Assembly: GCF_031769215.1 (NCBI RefSeq)
Contig: NW_026782134.1
Span: 496,001-560,000 of the forward strand
DNA: 64,000 nt
Reading direction: 5' to 3'
Source: Ylistrum balloti
Lineage: Eukaryota
Shown piece after piece: positions 1-12,589 of this stretch. Position 1 is the stretch's first letter; the number at the start of each line of letters is the position of its first letter. The position numbers and the translations under genes were made by a program. The notes below the pieces were generated by a model. The model saw nothing but the letters and a program-made list of their open reading frames with translations. It did no database searches and was not told where the DNA came from.

Positions 1-668
1 TTAATGATAGGACAAGAGTGCACTGTTAATGATAGGACAAGAGTGCACTGTAAATGATAGGACAAGAGTGCATGGTTAATGATAGGAAAAGAATGCACTG
101 TAAATGATAGGACAAATATGCATTGTAAATGATAGGACAAGAGTGCATGGTTAATGATAGGACAAGAGTGCATGGTTAATGATAGGACAAGAGTGCACTG
201 TTAATGATAGGACAAGAATGCACTGTTAATGATAGGACAAGAGTGCACTGTCAATGATAGGACAAGAGTGCACTGTTAATGATAGGACAAGAATGCACTG
301 TTAATGATAGGACAAGAGTGCATGGTTAATGATAGGACAAGAATGCACTGTTAATGATAGGACAAGAATACAATGTAAATGATAGGACAAGAATGCACTG
401 TAAATGATAGGACAAGAGTGCACTGTTAATGATAGGACAAGAGTACATGGTTAATGATAGGACAAGAGTGCAATGTTAATGATAGGACAAGAGTGCACTG
501 TTAATGATAGGACAAGAGTGCACTGTTAATGATAGGACAAGAGTGCATGGTTAATGATAGGACAAGAATGCACTGTTAATGATAGGACAAGAATACAATG
601 TAAATGATAGGACAAGAATGCACTGTAAATGATAGGACAAGAGTGTACTGTTAATGATAGGACAAGAG
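1..668. repeat. 25-bp minisatellite (TTAATGATAGGACAAGAGTGCACTG)n, about 26 copies, probably continuing beyond the window start
   Basis: Units start at 1, 26, 51 and so on, with few substitutions. ORFs 526..714 and 551..862 are partly by-products of this array. Confidence 0.97.
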
Positions 669-1180
669 TAGATAAATCTATTTTTGTGATATATAAATAT
701 TCCATGCCTCTCAATTTTTGTCACAACTCCATATTTGTCCATATTAATTAAGTTTGGACATCTCATGTTACCGTCATGCTTATCATATATATATAAGCGC
801 CGAGGAATCCGCTCTTCAATCCCAATCCATCCCAACCCAACCAACCCCACAAAAACAATCATATGTACTCACACTTTAGGCTTTCGGCTTCAAATATAGG
901 AATTTTAAGGATGGTTTTGTCATCAATCCAGTATCAAATATGGCTCAATATGCCAGATTCATTGGAAATAAGTTTTCATCAATCATGATACTAGTATACA
1001 GGTGAATTGTAAACAAACACCTGTCTTTGAATAACTTGTTTATTAGCTAAATATCACGCTGAAATTCGTCAATGATTTCCTTCGAATTTCTATGAAAAGT
1101 TATAATGACTGCTGTGAAATATACCGCTACAGTATATATTTAATGTATATTGTGACAGTTCAAACATCGTGCTAAATTGT

Positions 1181-1481
1181 NNNNNNNNNNNNNNNNNNNN
1201 NNNNNNNNNNNNNNNNNNNNNNNNNNNNNNNNNNNNNNNNNNNNNNNNNNNNNNNNNNNNNNNNNNNNNNNNNNNNNNNNNNNNNNNNNNNNNNNNNNNN
1301 NNNNNNNNNNNNNNNNNNNNNNNNNNNNNNNNNNNNNNNNNNNNNNNNNNNNNNNNNNNNNNNNNNNNNNNNNNNNNNNNNNNNNNNNNNNNNNNNNNNN
1401 NNNNNNNNNNNNNNNNNNNNNNNNNNNNNNNNNNNNNNNNNNNNNNNNNNNNNNNNNNNNNNNNNNNNNNNNNNNNNNNNN
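1181..1481. other. Assembly gap (N run)
   Basis: Run of N bases; the ORFs called across it are artefacts. Confidence 0.99.
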
Positions 1482-2464
1482 TTTAAGAGTAAATCAGTCT
1501 CTCCTAAACCGGATAACCCTAGTATTAGTTACACTGTACACTTATCAATGTCTTCCAGCTATACTAAACTTCATCACATCCCGTGCCTAACCCACATTTC
1601 TCATGTCATCCGTGGCCTTCGTATTGTAAACCGTCCTGTCATCGTTTATAAATACACAGCTCGGGGGATAAACACATATATGTAAGAGGACAACATTGTT
1701 ATACATGTATTCCAGATAACAATATCTGGTAAGCGGGCCACTGTCTTAGATAGGATTTACACTTGAATTACCACGTGAAGAGATGTTTACAAAATGTAAG
1801 AGAATACTCGGTATACCTACACTTACTGAATAGCTCACATTGTCTTTTACATATATAATGACAAACTGATCATTTGACAGTGTATACAGAGGATTGTACA
1901 AAGGAGACATACAATTAGTAAACAACACTTTTCATTACAATTAATCTAAACCGTCATGTAGACGTATCACGTCCTTCCAGGAAGTACGTTATGCTGAATA
2001 AAGTCTCAAACTGAGTCCAAAATATAGTAACAAATCGAGTAATCAACAGAGAAAAAGTCAATTTGACTTCAGATAATTGTTGATTTACAATAAAAAGCCT
2101 CTAATGGTGGTTAAGTTAGTATAAATAATCACACTTACGTGTTCTCGTTAAGCCTGAATCATATTTCTCTGAATCGTTCATTTCAAAACGAAAGTTGGAA
2201 ATACGTATTGAACTTTTCTCTTCAAATAGAATTAATTAATATGCAGCGGGGAAACCCCTTTATGATTTTAAACAAGTCTAAAAATAAAACAAGTACCTGG
2301 AATCTCGATAGAACTTACGAAAGCGTTTTTAAGGGTAAAAAAATAGTACACTACGTAAGCAAAAGGAAATCAGCACAACCGCTTGCGGAAATATTTCTAA
2401 ATATGACAATTGAAATTAATGGATTTGCTCGTTTTCCACTATACAAGACTGCGTAGTAAACGCC

Positions 2465-2535
2465 AGGACAATAATGCATTGTAAATGATAGGATAGTGGC
2501 ACGTTGTAAAAGATAGGACAATAATGCATAGTAAA
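2465..2535. repeat. Degenerate dispersed copies (about 3) of the 25-bp unit from 1-668
   Basis: caggacaataatgcattgtaaatgataggatagtggcacgttgtaaaagataggacaataatgcat matches the array unit. Confidence 0.75.
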
Positions 2536-2609
2536 TACCCCACGGATATCCCCAGATTTCTTAACTAACAGGTTTGACACTGGTTTTACAAAATGTATCC
2601 TTTACAACC

Positions 2610-3135
2610 GATCATGCCTCAGATCAAACTGAGATGGAATCCAGACATTCCTACAGAAGAAGAATGATTCAAAATAGCTTGCCCCATTTTCTCTTTTGGG
2701 CTCCGTCCCTCTTGGCCTAGAGGTCCTATGCCACTGTTTACACAGACTTGATTTCTCTTCTCCCACGAAAGTATCAGACCAAATTTGGACAAACGTCAAA
2801 CATTCCTACAACAGTAGCGGTTTGATTTTAAAGAATTTACTTGATTTCTCCCATCGATCACCGCCCCTACCGCCTCAAGCTGAGTGGGACAATACCCATC
2901 ATTTCAAAATGAGCCACCTTCATCTAAGAAAGTTCCAGATCAAATTTTGGCGTGATACAATTATTCTTACGACAGGAGAAGAATATGAAAGAATTTGCTC
3001 TCTGTCCCACTACCGTTTATTTTGAATTGAGCCACATCCCTCTGCAGGTACCTCAAAAAGAATCCTCTTCCCTACATGAAGTTTCAGATCAAATTTGGGC
3101 AAAATCAAATTATTTCCACGGGAGGAGTAAGAATC
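2610..3135. repeat. Degenerate repeat of about 155-bp modules, possibly internal repeats of a non-autonomous element
   Basis: An AAGT(A/T)(T/C)CAGA(C/T)CAAATTT(T)GG core recurs near 2769, 2929 and 3082, with similar downstream sequence and a weaker copy near 2617. Confidence 0.55.
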
Positions 3136-3707
3136 ATTATCACATTTCATGTATACAACTGTATATAACTATACTTGCTTGATAACCCCACCTATACATT
3201 ATGCAATCTCGCCAAAGAAGAAATATTAGCTTATCGTATTTTGGTATTACTATCATTTCGATCGCCTGTTGAGGATCCATAAAAAAACAAGGTTTTATTG
3301 CTGGCTCGTCTAGCTGTTCAGCCTAGTCTTTTCAAAACTTCTAACCACCATTCTAAGTGCTATCAAATCTGGGCTACACTCTGATTGTTATACTGTTTAC
3401 TCAAGAAGTGAAAGTAATAGTAAATTGATTTTAATGACCTCCAGAGAGCATTTGACCTTTCTTCAACACCCACTCATAAAAAAACTCTTCTAGAAGAGCA
3501 TTTGATTTTTTCACCCAGTAAACCACCATACCAAATTCTAATCAGAGAAAAGGTGAACGGCGGTATAAATATATGGTTATGAACTATACTGAGGCGTATT
3601 TCTAATCAGATTTTGTAGTAACCAGTAACTGACATTATTATGATAGAGCACTATTCTCACATCTAAGTCAGAACATCCTTATTCCGTGTTGTAAAGTGTT
3701 TATATGA

Positions 3708-4937
3708 TCTGTATGTTTGTGTGTTGTGTTGTGTTGTATGTATGGTTGTGTGTTGTGATATATGTATGGTTGTGTGTTGTATTGTATGTATGGTTTTATG
3801 TTGTATTGTATGTATGGTTGTGTGTTGTATTGTATGTATGGTGGTGTGTTGTGATATATGTATGGTGGTGTGTTGTATTGTATGTATGGTTGTGTGTTGT
3901 GATATATGTATGGTTGTGTGTTGTATTGTATGTATGGTTGTGTGTTGTGTTGTATGTATGGTTGTGTGTTGTATTGTATGTATGGTTGTGTGTTGTATTG
4001 TATGTATGGTTGTGTGTTGTGTTGTATTGTATGTATGGTTGTGTGTTGTATTGTATGTATGGTTGTGTGTTGTGTTGCATGTATGGTGGTGTGTTGTGTT
4101 GTATGTATGGTTGTGTGTTGTGTATTGTATGTATGGTTGTGTGTTGTGTTGTATTGTATGTATGGTTGTGTGTTGTATTGTATGTATGGTTGTGTGTTGT
4201 ATTGTATGTATGGTTGTGTGTTGTATTGTATGTATGGTGGTGTGTTGTATTGTATGTATGGTTGTGTGTTGTGTTGTATGTATGGTTGTGTGTTGTATTG
4301 TATGCATGGTTGTGTGTTGTGTTATATGTATGGTTGTGTGTTGTGTTGTATGCATGGTTGTGTGTTGTGTTATATGTATGGTGGTGTGTTGTATTGTATG
4401 TATGGTTGTGTGTTGTGATATATGTATGGTTGTGTGTTGTGTTGTATGTATGGTTGTGTGTTGTGTTGTATGTATGGTTGTGTGTTGTGTTGTATGTATG
4501 GTGGTGTGTTGTATTGTATGTATGGTTGTGTGTTGTGTTGTATGTATGGTGGTGTGTTGTATTGTATGTATGGTTGTGTGTTGTGATATATGTATGGTTG
4601 TGTGTTGTGATATATGTATGTATGTTGTGTATGTTGTGTGTTGTATTGTATGTATGGTTGTGTGTTGTGTTGCATGTATGGTGGTGTGTTGTGTTGCATG
4701 TATGGTTGTGTGTTGTATTGTATGTATGGTTGTGTGTTGTGTTGTATTGTATGTATGGTTGTGTGTTGTATTGAATGTATGGTTGTGTGTTGTATTGTAT
4801 GTATGGTTGTGTGTTGTGTTGCATGTATGGTTGTGTGTTGTGTTGTATGTATGGTGGTGTGTTGTGATATATGTATGGTGGTGTGTTGTATTGTATGTAT
4901 GGTTGTGTGTTGTGATATATGTATGGTTGTGTGTTGA
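3708..4937. repeat. TG-rich minisatellite, 24-bp unit (TGTATGTATGGTTGTGTGTTGTAT) with 29-bp variants
   Basis: Direct tandem periodicity. It explains all the overlapping C/V/M and H/T/Q/N ORFs at 3663-4984. Confidence 0.97.
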
Positions 4938-5394
4938 GTTATATTATGAGATTTTATATTTCGAGTTTTAGACTCTATGGACATTGTTGATTAAACAGTT
5001 CTGTATAACAGTAATTGAGAACTGTTGGTCCATATTTCCCTACCTAACAGGGTTCCATATGCTAAAAGCCAGAGTGCAAGACCCGAATCCGACTGCAAAC
5101 CAGTCCATGACTGTTATGTTTAATCTATACTGGAGGTAGGGCCGTAAATGTGGAATTTATTTGTGTATTTTACTTCCTATTTAGTCGTTTGTTTTAACAA
5201 ATACTTGAAGGGACGTGTTTACCTGTGTGTTGTTTTATTTATTTGTACAGTTTCAGATTATTTCACAAATGTGAATGCTGGGGTGGGCCACAGAGGAGGA
5301 CACCACATACCTCGTGAGGTGTCAGTAGTAATCCTCTCTATTTCAGTCTTCCTGGGTATCCTACAGATCCTACCTGTTAATAAGAGGAATAAAA

Positions 5395-5884
5395 GAATTT
5401 AATTGAATCGAATTGTAGGTTTCAGATGTTTGCGAGTTGTCTCCCTTGCACCCGTCTGTTTACCGTTTATATCTTGTCTAAGTACTCGATTTTTCTTAGG
5501 AATTCGACGAGCAGTCTATGTACTAGTCTTTCATTTTCACGTGACATTAGTACCTGGTTGATGGATGTATATTGGATTTTTATTCTTTTGAATTCGACAA
5601 TGAGATCTTTTCTTTCCTGATCGAATCTACTGCAATATAGAAAAATATGCTGTTTTACAATGGGTACAGTCTGCTGAGATATCTTTAACCATAATACTGA
5701 TGTTACTTTTTAAGTTCGTGGTTCCTAATCTTAGTCTTGTGACGATAATATCTTCTAATTTATTTCGTCCTAAAGCTTTTTAATTTAGCATTAGGTTAAT
5801 CTGTGGTTTGTCTTAGGTTGTTTGATATTTCCAACTGTTTTCATGTTCCTGACCATTTATTAATGATTTGTTGATTGACAATAG
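5395..5884 (-). mobile_element. Decayed I-clade LINE, 3' end of ORF2 and 3' UTR
   Basis: Minus translation gives KLEDIIVTRLRLGTT...DCTHCK...RLLVEFLRKIEYLDKI* (stop about 5467), resembling the RLRxG(H)...CxxC C-terminus of RNase H-bearing LINEs. There is an ATTCA-like tail near 5395-5415. Confidence 0.75.
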
Positions 5885-7110
5885 TTCAAGTTCTTTATTA
5901 CCTTGAGTCGTGTGACTCATTGGTTAAAGCAAACAACACATAGACGATTTACAAACATATAACAATATACAAAAAACACAGAAACAACACAAACCCGGAG
6001 AGAGTAAACTAGGCTATCAATTGCGGTTTTCTCTTAAAATGCAAGCTGCCTTAATATATTTAGACAAGTTTGTTATTTCTTTTGTATTGTTTGCATTTAA
6101 GAATTCTATCAATTTAAACATACTAGGTTTTTTATAATAGTATCTTTTCAAAAATTTTCTTCTGAGGTTCGAATAACAGGGACATTTCAATATAAAATGG
6201 AATTCGTCTTCGATATCATTCAAATCACAATTAGAACATATTCTTAAATTTCTTGATATATTTTGATATCGGCCTTTTTCTACTTTTAGATTATGAGAAG
6301 ATAGTCTTATTTTTGTAATTTCTCTCAACAATTCCCTAGGTATTGATTTTTTCAGATAGATTTGTAAATCACTATCATGATAAAGATGAGTATAAATTTG
6401 TCCTTTCGAGGAAGTTCTGATTTTTTCTTTACACTCTTGTCTAAACATATCAAACATTCTTTCTCTGATTATATTATAATGAACATCCGTATTGTTTTCT
6501 GACTCCCAAATATAACCTAAACCTAGATGATACAGCTCATTTTTTATATTTAAAACCCATTTGTCTTTCTTCTCCAACATATCATCGTAGCATGATTTCA
6601 ATATACAATTTTCGGTCTTTTTCAATTTCATCCAGTACTTAATTATACGCAATTTTCTAGATACCATCAGTGGGAACCTACCAAGTTCCAAATACACCAT
6701 ATTATTACAAGTATTTTTTCCGCACACCTAAAAGTCTTTTACAAAACATCATGTGAATTTTTTCAACATCAGGTGCGTTATGAAAACCCCATATTTCTGA
6801 CCCATAACTCAAAATACTATTAACGTATGTATCAAAGACGGACAATTGGGTTTCAATATTAAAATAATTTTTACGACATACTTCTGTAACTGCAAATAAA
6901 GCTTTGCGTCCTTGCTCTGCAATTTTTTGTTGTGTTTTTCTAAAAGTTCCATTGTAATTAATTAACAGACCCAAATAGGTAAATTCATTTACAATTTCTA
7001 ATTGACAACCGTCATAGTTCCAAATCTCGTCATTTCTCAGAATGCCACCATTTCTAAAAACCATGATTTTTGTTTTACTTGTATTAATAGTTAAATCCCA
7101 TTTTTTTTGT
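5885..7110 (-). mobile_element. 5'-truncated RTE-X-like LINE nested in the I-clade LINE
   Basis: ORFs 6705..7064 (KTKIMVFRNGG, EFTYLG, FDTYVNSILSYGSEIWG) and 6017..6727 (RLSSHNLKVEKGRY, CSNC, IEDEFHFILKCPCY). It ends in AATAAA plus a GAACTTGAA tail on the minus strand (5899-5885) and is flanked by AATAG at 5880-5884 and 7111-7115. Confidence 0.88.
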
Positions 7111-8670
7111 AATAGAATATACTTGTCTTAGATAATTTCACCTTACATTCTATTGTGATTTTCTGAAGAGCTTCTTTGGCTAGATCATCAGCCTTTTTTA
7201 TTTTCATATATATTGACATGTGACGGTACATACTCAAAATTTACCAAAATTCCCTGTTGTTTTAAGTTTTTAACAAGATTCAATGTGGAGTTTGCAGCTA
7301 CATTAGTTCTTCCGCTTTTTCTAGTCTGTATTGATTGTAATGAAGAAAGACTATCTGTAAGAATTACTGCTCTGTTTGTGGATTTTTTTATGTTCACAAG
7401 TCGAAGTGCTAGTTCTATAGTAATTGTTTCACTGGTATAAACGGAGTACTTATTGGTCAATCTGAGTGATAATGTGATACCTAACACTCAATTCCATTGT
7501 GTTTTTTTATCCGTCAGTATGATACTATGATTATTATATTTCTCGTCAGTTATTGATTTTGTCATTGCCTTAGTTTTTGATGGATTTTCCGTTTTGTCGA
7601 TTATGTCTAAAATGTCTGTACTAATATCGTTAGTGTTTAATTTCCAGGGCGGAGTTGGATTTGGAAAAATGTCATCAATTTTAATTTAGTCTGAATTGTG
7701 TTCCACGAGAAGTTGCTTCGTTACAAAGTTATATGGCGGTTTGGCATGTTGGTCTGGTTTGTCTCTGTATTAGTGTCTTTGACTTCTGAAGCGATATTAT
7801 TTGGCGGGAAATCGGGTCCTAGTATTTGTGTTCTGGCCCAATATTGAAGTATGAGTTTTTTCCTCCTTAATCTTAATGGCAATTCGCCGGATTCAGCTTA
7901 AATGTTTATTGATGTGGTTTAATAAAACGCTTAAAGCTATTTTTATTGCTTTATGCTGAATTATGGCTAACATTTTAGTGCATTATCAGAAACCGAATGG
8001 TAAACCATGACAACCATAGTCTATTTTTCACCTATGTACATTTCTCTTTTCTCGATAAGGCCATTGCTACTGGTTTACATTTTGAAATTTTAAACCCCAA
8101 TTGGTCAGCCCATTCCTGCTTAGCGTCTAAGGTGTTTGTATGGCATTTGCCTGATATTGAATCTTTTTTTTTTAATATGCCAAATGGCTATTTTCGTTTT
8201 TTTACTTTTGTCTTCTAAAAAGAGGTCTAATTTATTGATAATAAATTTAAAAGTGTTGGTGAAATAAAACTACCATGGGGGACACCATTATCTAGTGTAA
8301 GGTCATCCGATCAATGTTGTTAACGCTTACTTGAATTTTACGATCTTTCAGGAAGCGGATGATGAATTACAGTATGCTTCCGGGTATTCATAATTCTATA
8401 AGTGATAGTAATAGACCATTGTGCCAAAGTCAGAGAAGATAGTTATAGTATGGAAGTTTTTATTTAGATTTTTTTTTATCTCGGATGTTATTTGGACAAA
8501 CGAGTCTAATGTTTACCTAAGATTCCTGAAACCGCTTTGATTTTCTCTAATCAGATAGTTGGAACTTACGTAATGTTTAAGTCTTTTCTTAATCATGGTT
8601 TCGAAAGTTTTATTTGAGTGTGACGTTAAGGAAATACGTCTGTATGATGCTTAACCGGGTTTTGGAATTG
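7111..8670 (-). mobile_element. Decayed I-clade LINE, RT and RNase H domains with frameshifts and stops
   Basis: Minus strand motifs: PIPKPG, SYRRISLTS, QSGFR, DNGVPHGS (about 8270-8295), EWADQLGFKIS, AESGELPLRLRR, PPW, HTDG*K, ILTDSLSSLQSI, VPSHVNI, ADDLAKEA. Confidence 0.9.
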
Positions 8671-8699
8671 GAATGACAACGGAAGCAGCAGGCCACGCC

Positions 8700-9870
8700 C
8701 ACGTGTATCCGAGCCATACCACGTGCTGGGGAGACTGTCCAGTGATATTTCGCATGCGCTAATAAAAAAATTTGCTAAACATAGCTTTAAAAACCTGCTT
8801 AAAATGTTCGCCCAAATTAAGAACTGCGACCACCTATTCCATGATCCAAAGACCGGATTAGTCTGTGACCTTGTCCTCGCGTTTAAATTTGTGAAGAAAC
8901 TGATTTAAATGCCTGCAATATAGCACTAAACGTAGTTTTTCTGATCTGCTTAACGCCACGGTTAACGGGTTAACTACAGCCGGCTGACAATTCATCCCCG
9001 ATACACATCCCAATGACAACAACCGATTCACCTCGGTCTGAACGAACATATTCTTCTCTCTAGCTGCCTTGCTCGGTCCTGTATTGGCCCTGTCCGGACA
9101 TTGTCCTACTTTGCCACATCTGTATCAGGTCCCTGGCCTAGATCCATTGTACGGTCATAGGGCGTGTTCAGCTTCCTGTTGGTAAGTATATATAGTCGCT
9201 TCTACTGATCGGAATCATATGGTAAGTATCTTTTGAGTCTGCCCCTCCCCTTGGTCTTCATGGTCTTCATCATCCTATTGGCCCGACCCGGACTCTTTTT
9301 CAATTTTCTCTCATCCTCTGAATCCGAGACGATGGGATCTGCTTGTTACTGTTCTGCTGTCTTCCATCCGGACTTTGAAGTATCGGTCATTAAGACCAAC
9401 TGTTACCTCTTCCATCCGGACTTTGAAGTATCGGCCACTAAGACCAACTTTAAACTGTTCCATCCGGACTTTGAAGTATCGGCCACTAAGACCAACTTTA
9501 AACTGTTCCATCCGGACTTTGAAGAATCGGACACTAAGACCAACATTTTTTGCCTATAGTCCAGCATTTTCATTCCTTCAATAAGTTTGACTCTTACCTT
9601 GTCCTCCGTTTTCAACATGATGTGTTCAACTTCCTCCAATTTTTGCTTTAACTTTTTGGTTGATTCGATACTGATTTTCATAAGCTTTACGTGTGAATCT
9701 ATGAGTCTGTTTGCACAACAGATCTTGTTGAAATTTTGCATACTAGTCGGCTAAAATAGCTTTTCTTGGTGCAAGCACACTTTCCTCGAACTTACTAAGT
9801 CGTCCAGAGTTTAAAGCATCCATGCTTTCGAGAATTACACTCTGGCATTCCTTAAAAGCCATCTTGAACT
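8700..9870 (-). mobile_element. Internally deleted DIRS-type (tyrosine-recombinase) retrotransposon remnant: gag-like ORF1 and RT fragments
   Basis: ORF1-like EGMKMLDYRQKMLVLVSDSSKSGW...VSDSEDERK and a degenerate zinc knuckle (*)YRCGKVG near 9110-9140. RT-like FVQTEVNRLLSLGCV, VVNPLTVA, KLRLVLYCRHLNQFL and PQHVVWLGYTW. Confidence 0.8.
9364..9545. repeat. 48-bp tandem repeat (about 4 copies) inside the DIRS gag-like frame
   Basis: CCATCCGGACTTTGAAG starts at 9364, 9412, 9460 and 9508. Confidence 0.95.
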
Positions 9871-10329
9871 TGCTTTCATATAGTATAGTTTATGGCTGAT
9901 GAATCCATATTAAGCAATAACTCACAATAATCCAAAAACTATATTTTGTCCACCACAAAAAACAACACATACAAAACTACGTCCGCACTGTTCGGTGTAC
10001 AGACAGAGAATGCCTACCTGTTGGATTAACTCACTATACCACGTGTTACCGAGTGCGCAACATAGCAAGTGCTCATTCTCCCACATGCCCACAGGACAAA
10101 TAAATCCTGCCTTTTCTGATAGAACCACGGGATTATTTGATACTTGTACTATGATAATATACAATATGCAGATTTGAACAAGATCTATTCTGAGTTTTGT
10201 TTGTGCAATGGAGTTATCTCCTGTGAAATCCAGTGCACAAACTATTAATGACTAGAGAATAGTCAAATAACGAAAACTGATAAATGGTTTACATCACGAG
10301 AAAACTATCAATAAAGTCATATAAACTGA

Positions 10330-10985
10330 TTATATTTCATAGTCCTTGTGCCACACTGGTGTACGGGTAGAATGGTCAGAGCAACTCGGGATAACAGGTG
10401 CACTATCGGACGTCATTGTTGGAGATGGTGAACCATCTGCGCGATCACGTATGGTTGGTTGATGGTGCATATTTTCTGAGTATTCGGATGGTAGTCTTCA
10501 TTGAGAGAAAACTATCCAAAGTCCTGCTATGGATGTCATGGTAATGCGGTCGGAGTGACTTGATTATCCGAATAATAAATAGATTTCGGTGTTGCAATGG
10601 GAGCACCGGTTGTAGTATCAGGTAATCGCGACATTGTTGGTGCTGCTGGGACCGGGAGGGAAACCGAGTTCAGCTGGAGTTACCGTGGGAGTTTGCTTTA
10701 TGGGCGAACATCCTGTCTCGCGAGGGGAGACAGTTGAACCGACGGAATCGGTTTGAGATGGGGGTTGATGAGTAACTGGTTTCTGATTGATCATGACATC
10801 GTCGTGAATTGCTACTTGTTGCGGTGGCATTTGAACAGAAACATGTCTCCTGAGAAATTTCCTGTTTCGCATCGTGACTCTTCCCGATCCATCAACCGTT
10901 ACAACATATTAATCGAATTGGCGGACTTCAATATTGATGCTCGTCTTATCCCACTTCAACTCTAATTATATAGAATATTTTGATG
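10330..10985 (-). mobile_element. Ty3/Gypsy pol remnant (post-integrase C-terminus)
   Basis: Minus: LKWDKTSINIEVRQFD*YVVTVDGSGRVTMRNRKFLR..., ending STRTPVWHKDYEI* at 10330. These motifs are typical of invertebrate Gypsy pol C-termini. Confidence 0.8.
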
Positions 10986-12589
10986 TTATGTGATCCTGAG
11001 TTCCCTTTTTTTGTTTTTTGCTTGTTTTTATTTTCTATTCATCCTGTCGCATGTGCTTAGAATTCGACATTTTTCTTTCATAGATATGACGTTTAAAAAA
11101 TGTTAGTTAATTTACAAAACAGAACTCCCTCAACTGGAAGATATTTAAGAATACAGAATTAACTTCAGAGCCAAGATAATGTCTCGAACAAAAAAGGTTA
11201 TACTGAAATCCATAAACAAACATTAGCAAAGGGATAAATTACTCATGCGTGGCATAATGTTTTCACCCATACTTAAGTATACCTAGAACATACAATAATT
11301 TCCCTCGTACTCCACTCTAGTACAATTTCAAAAGCAATTTATCTATGTTCACATTACTAAAAGCGCTGAATAAATAAATATATTACATAGTTTATTCGGC
11401 CTGGATAATAGTAATAATAGTATCTCGTTCAGACCATATTATGAACTTACATTTTATTTTAACAAGCAACTCCTCCATAATTGTTCCTGTCCTTGGTTTC
11501 ACCATTAGCGAGTTTCATCATCATGCTTTCTTAATTGTCTAATCGCATCCAGTTGAATGTTAGTGGTGGGCGTTACCAGCCAAACCACTATATCTGTAAA
11601 TAGCTGAGAATCATCACCTGTGCTGTCAAACTGCTATTACTTGTAAATGGTATTGCCAATTGAATTACTGTATACATATTTTCTTGCAACTTCATGTTTT
11701 AAGCAAGTATAAATTGAAATGAGTCTGAATGCCTTATTCAGTACTACTCACAAGCTAATATGTAAATTAGGCTGCCATATTTAGCCTTCCAATCCCATAA
11801 TGCTTTTGGCATAAAACATGTAGTAATGAAAATAACAAGGCAGAAAGTAAACGCGTAGTGAAGAAAAGACGAGAACACGAGACTGGAATAGGCAATATAA
11901 AACAATTTTGCTTGGTATTATGACTACATTGTATAGACACTACAGATGTATACTTAAACAACTGTCTTACTGTCGCGGATGCTAGCAGATACAATTGTGG
12001 CATCGCACAACGTGTACGATGTGCGATGAACGCATGATGTCTGCATGATGTGCACTCGATGTTTTTTATTTGAACACATTTTATTGCACATGAGTAGCAA
12101 TAGGATTGGGAACAGCTTATATAAAGCCCTTTCCAAACATATTAATTAATATACATTCTATTTACAATGGGGCAGTATGATATAATCACAAGTTAAGAGA
12201 GAGAGAGGGTGTGGGGGTTGGGGGTATATAACATGTAATTTGGATGTTTGAAATAATTTGTATATATGTAGATCATTGCATCTGCTCCTTTTCCATGCAA
12301 GCATAACAGGTGATACGCGGTCCACATGCCTTAACTCACAACTTGTCAATGTCCATCACTTCCCTTGAATGTATATAGTTCCTCCTTGTCACTCGGTGCT
12401 TTCTGGAATATCCTTCTCCACTTGTTCACTTACACAGAAAAGGAGTAGGTACATGATACACACATGCTTATCCATTATAATAATCATATTAGTTTTAGTC
12501 GTTAATATTATTTGTGTAGAATATATGACTTCAGAAGAGTGAGGAAGAGCGGGATACAGAAATTCAAAGATCTGCTTGGTAGAATCTGT

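Noticed and set aside
3663-4984. Long ORFs of 170-416 aa
   Set aside because: These are translations of the 24-bp TG-rich minisatellite, open in many frames on both strands.
8712-8730. CCATACCACG resembling the start of 5S rRNA
   Set aside because: There is no further 5S similarity; it is the antisense of the DIRS RT motif PQHVVWLG.
9890-9910. CTGATGA hammerhead core candidates (also at about 19395 and 53962)
   Set aside because: There is no correctly spaced GAAA or flanking helices.
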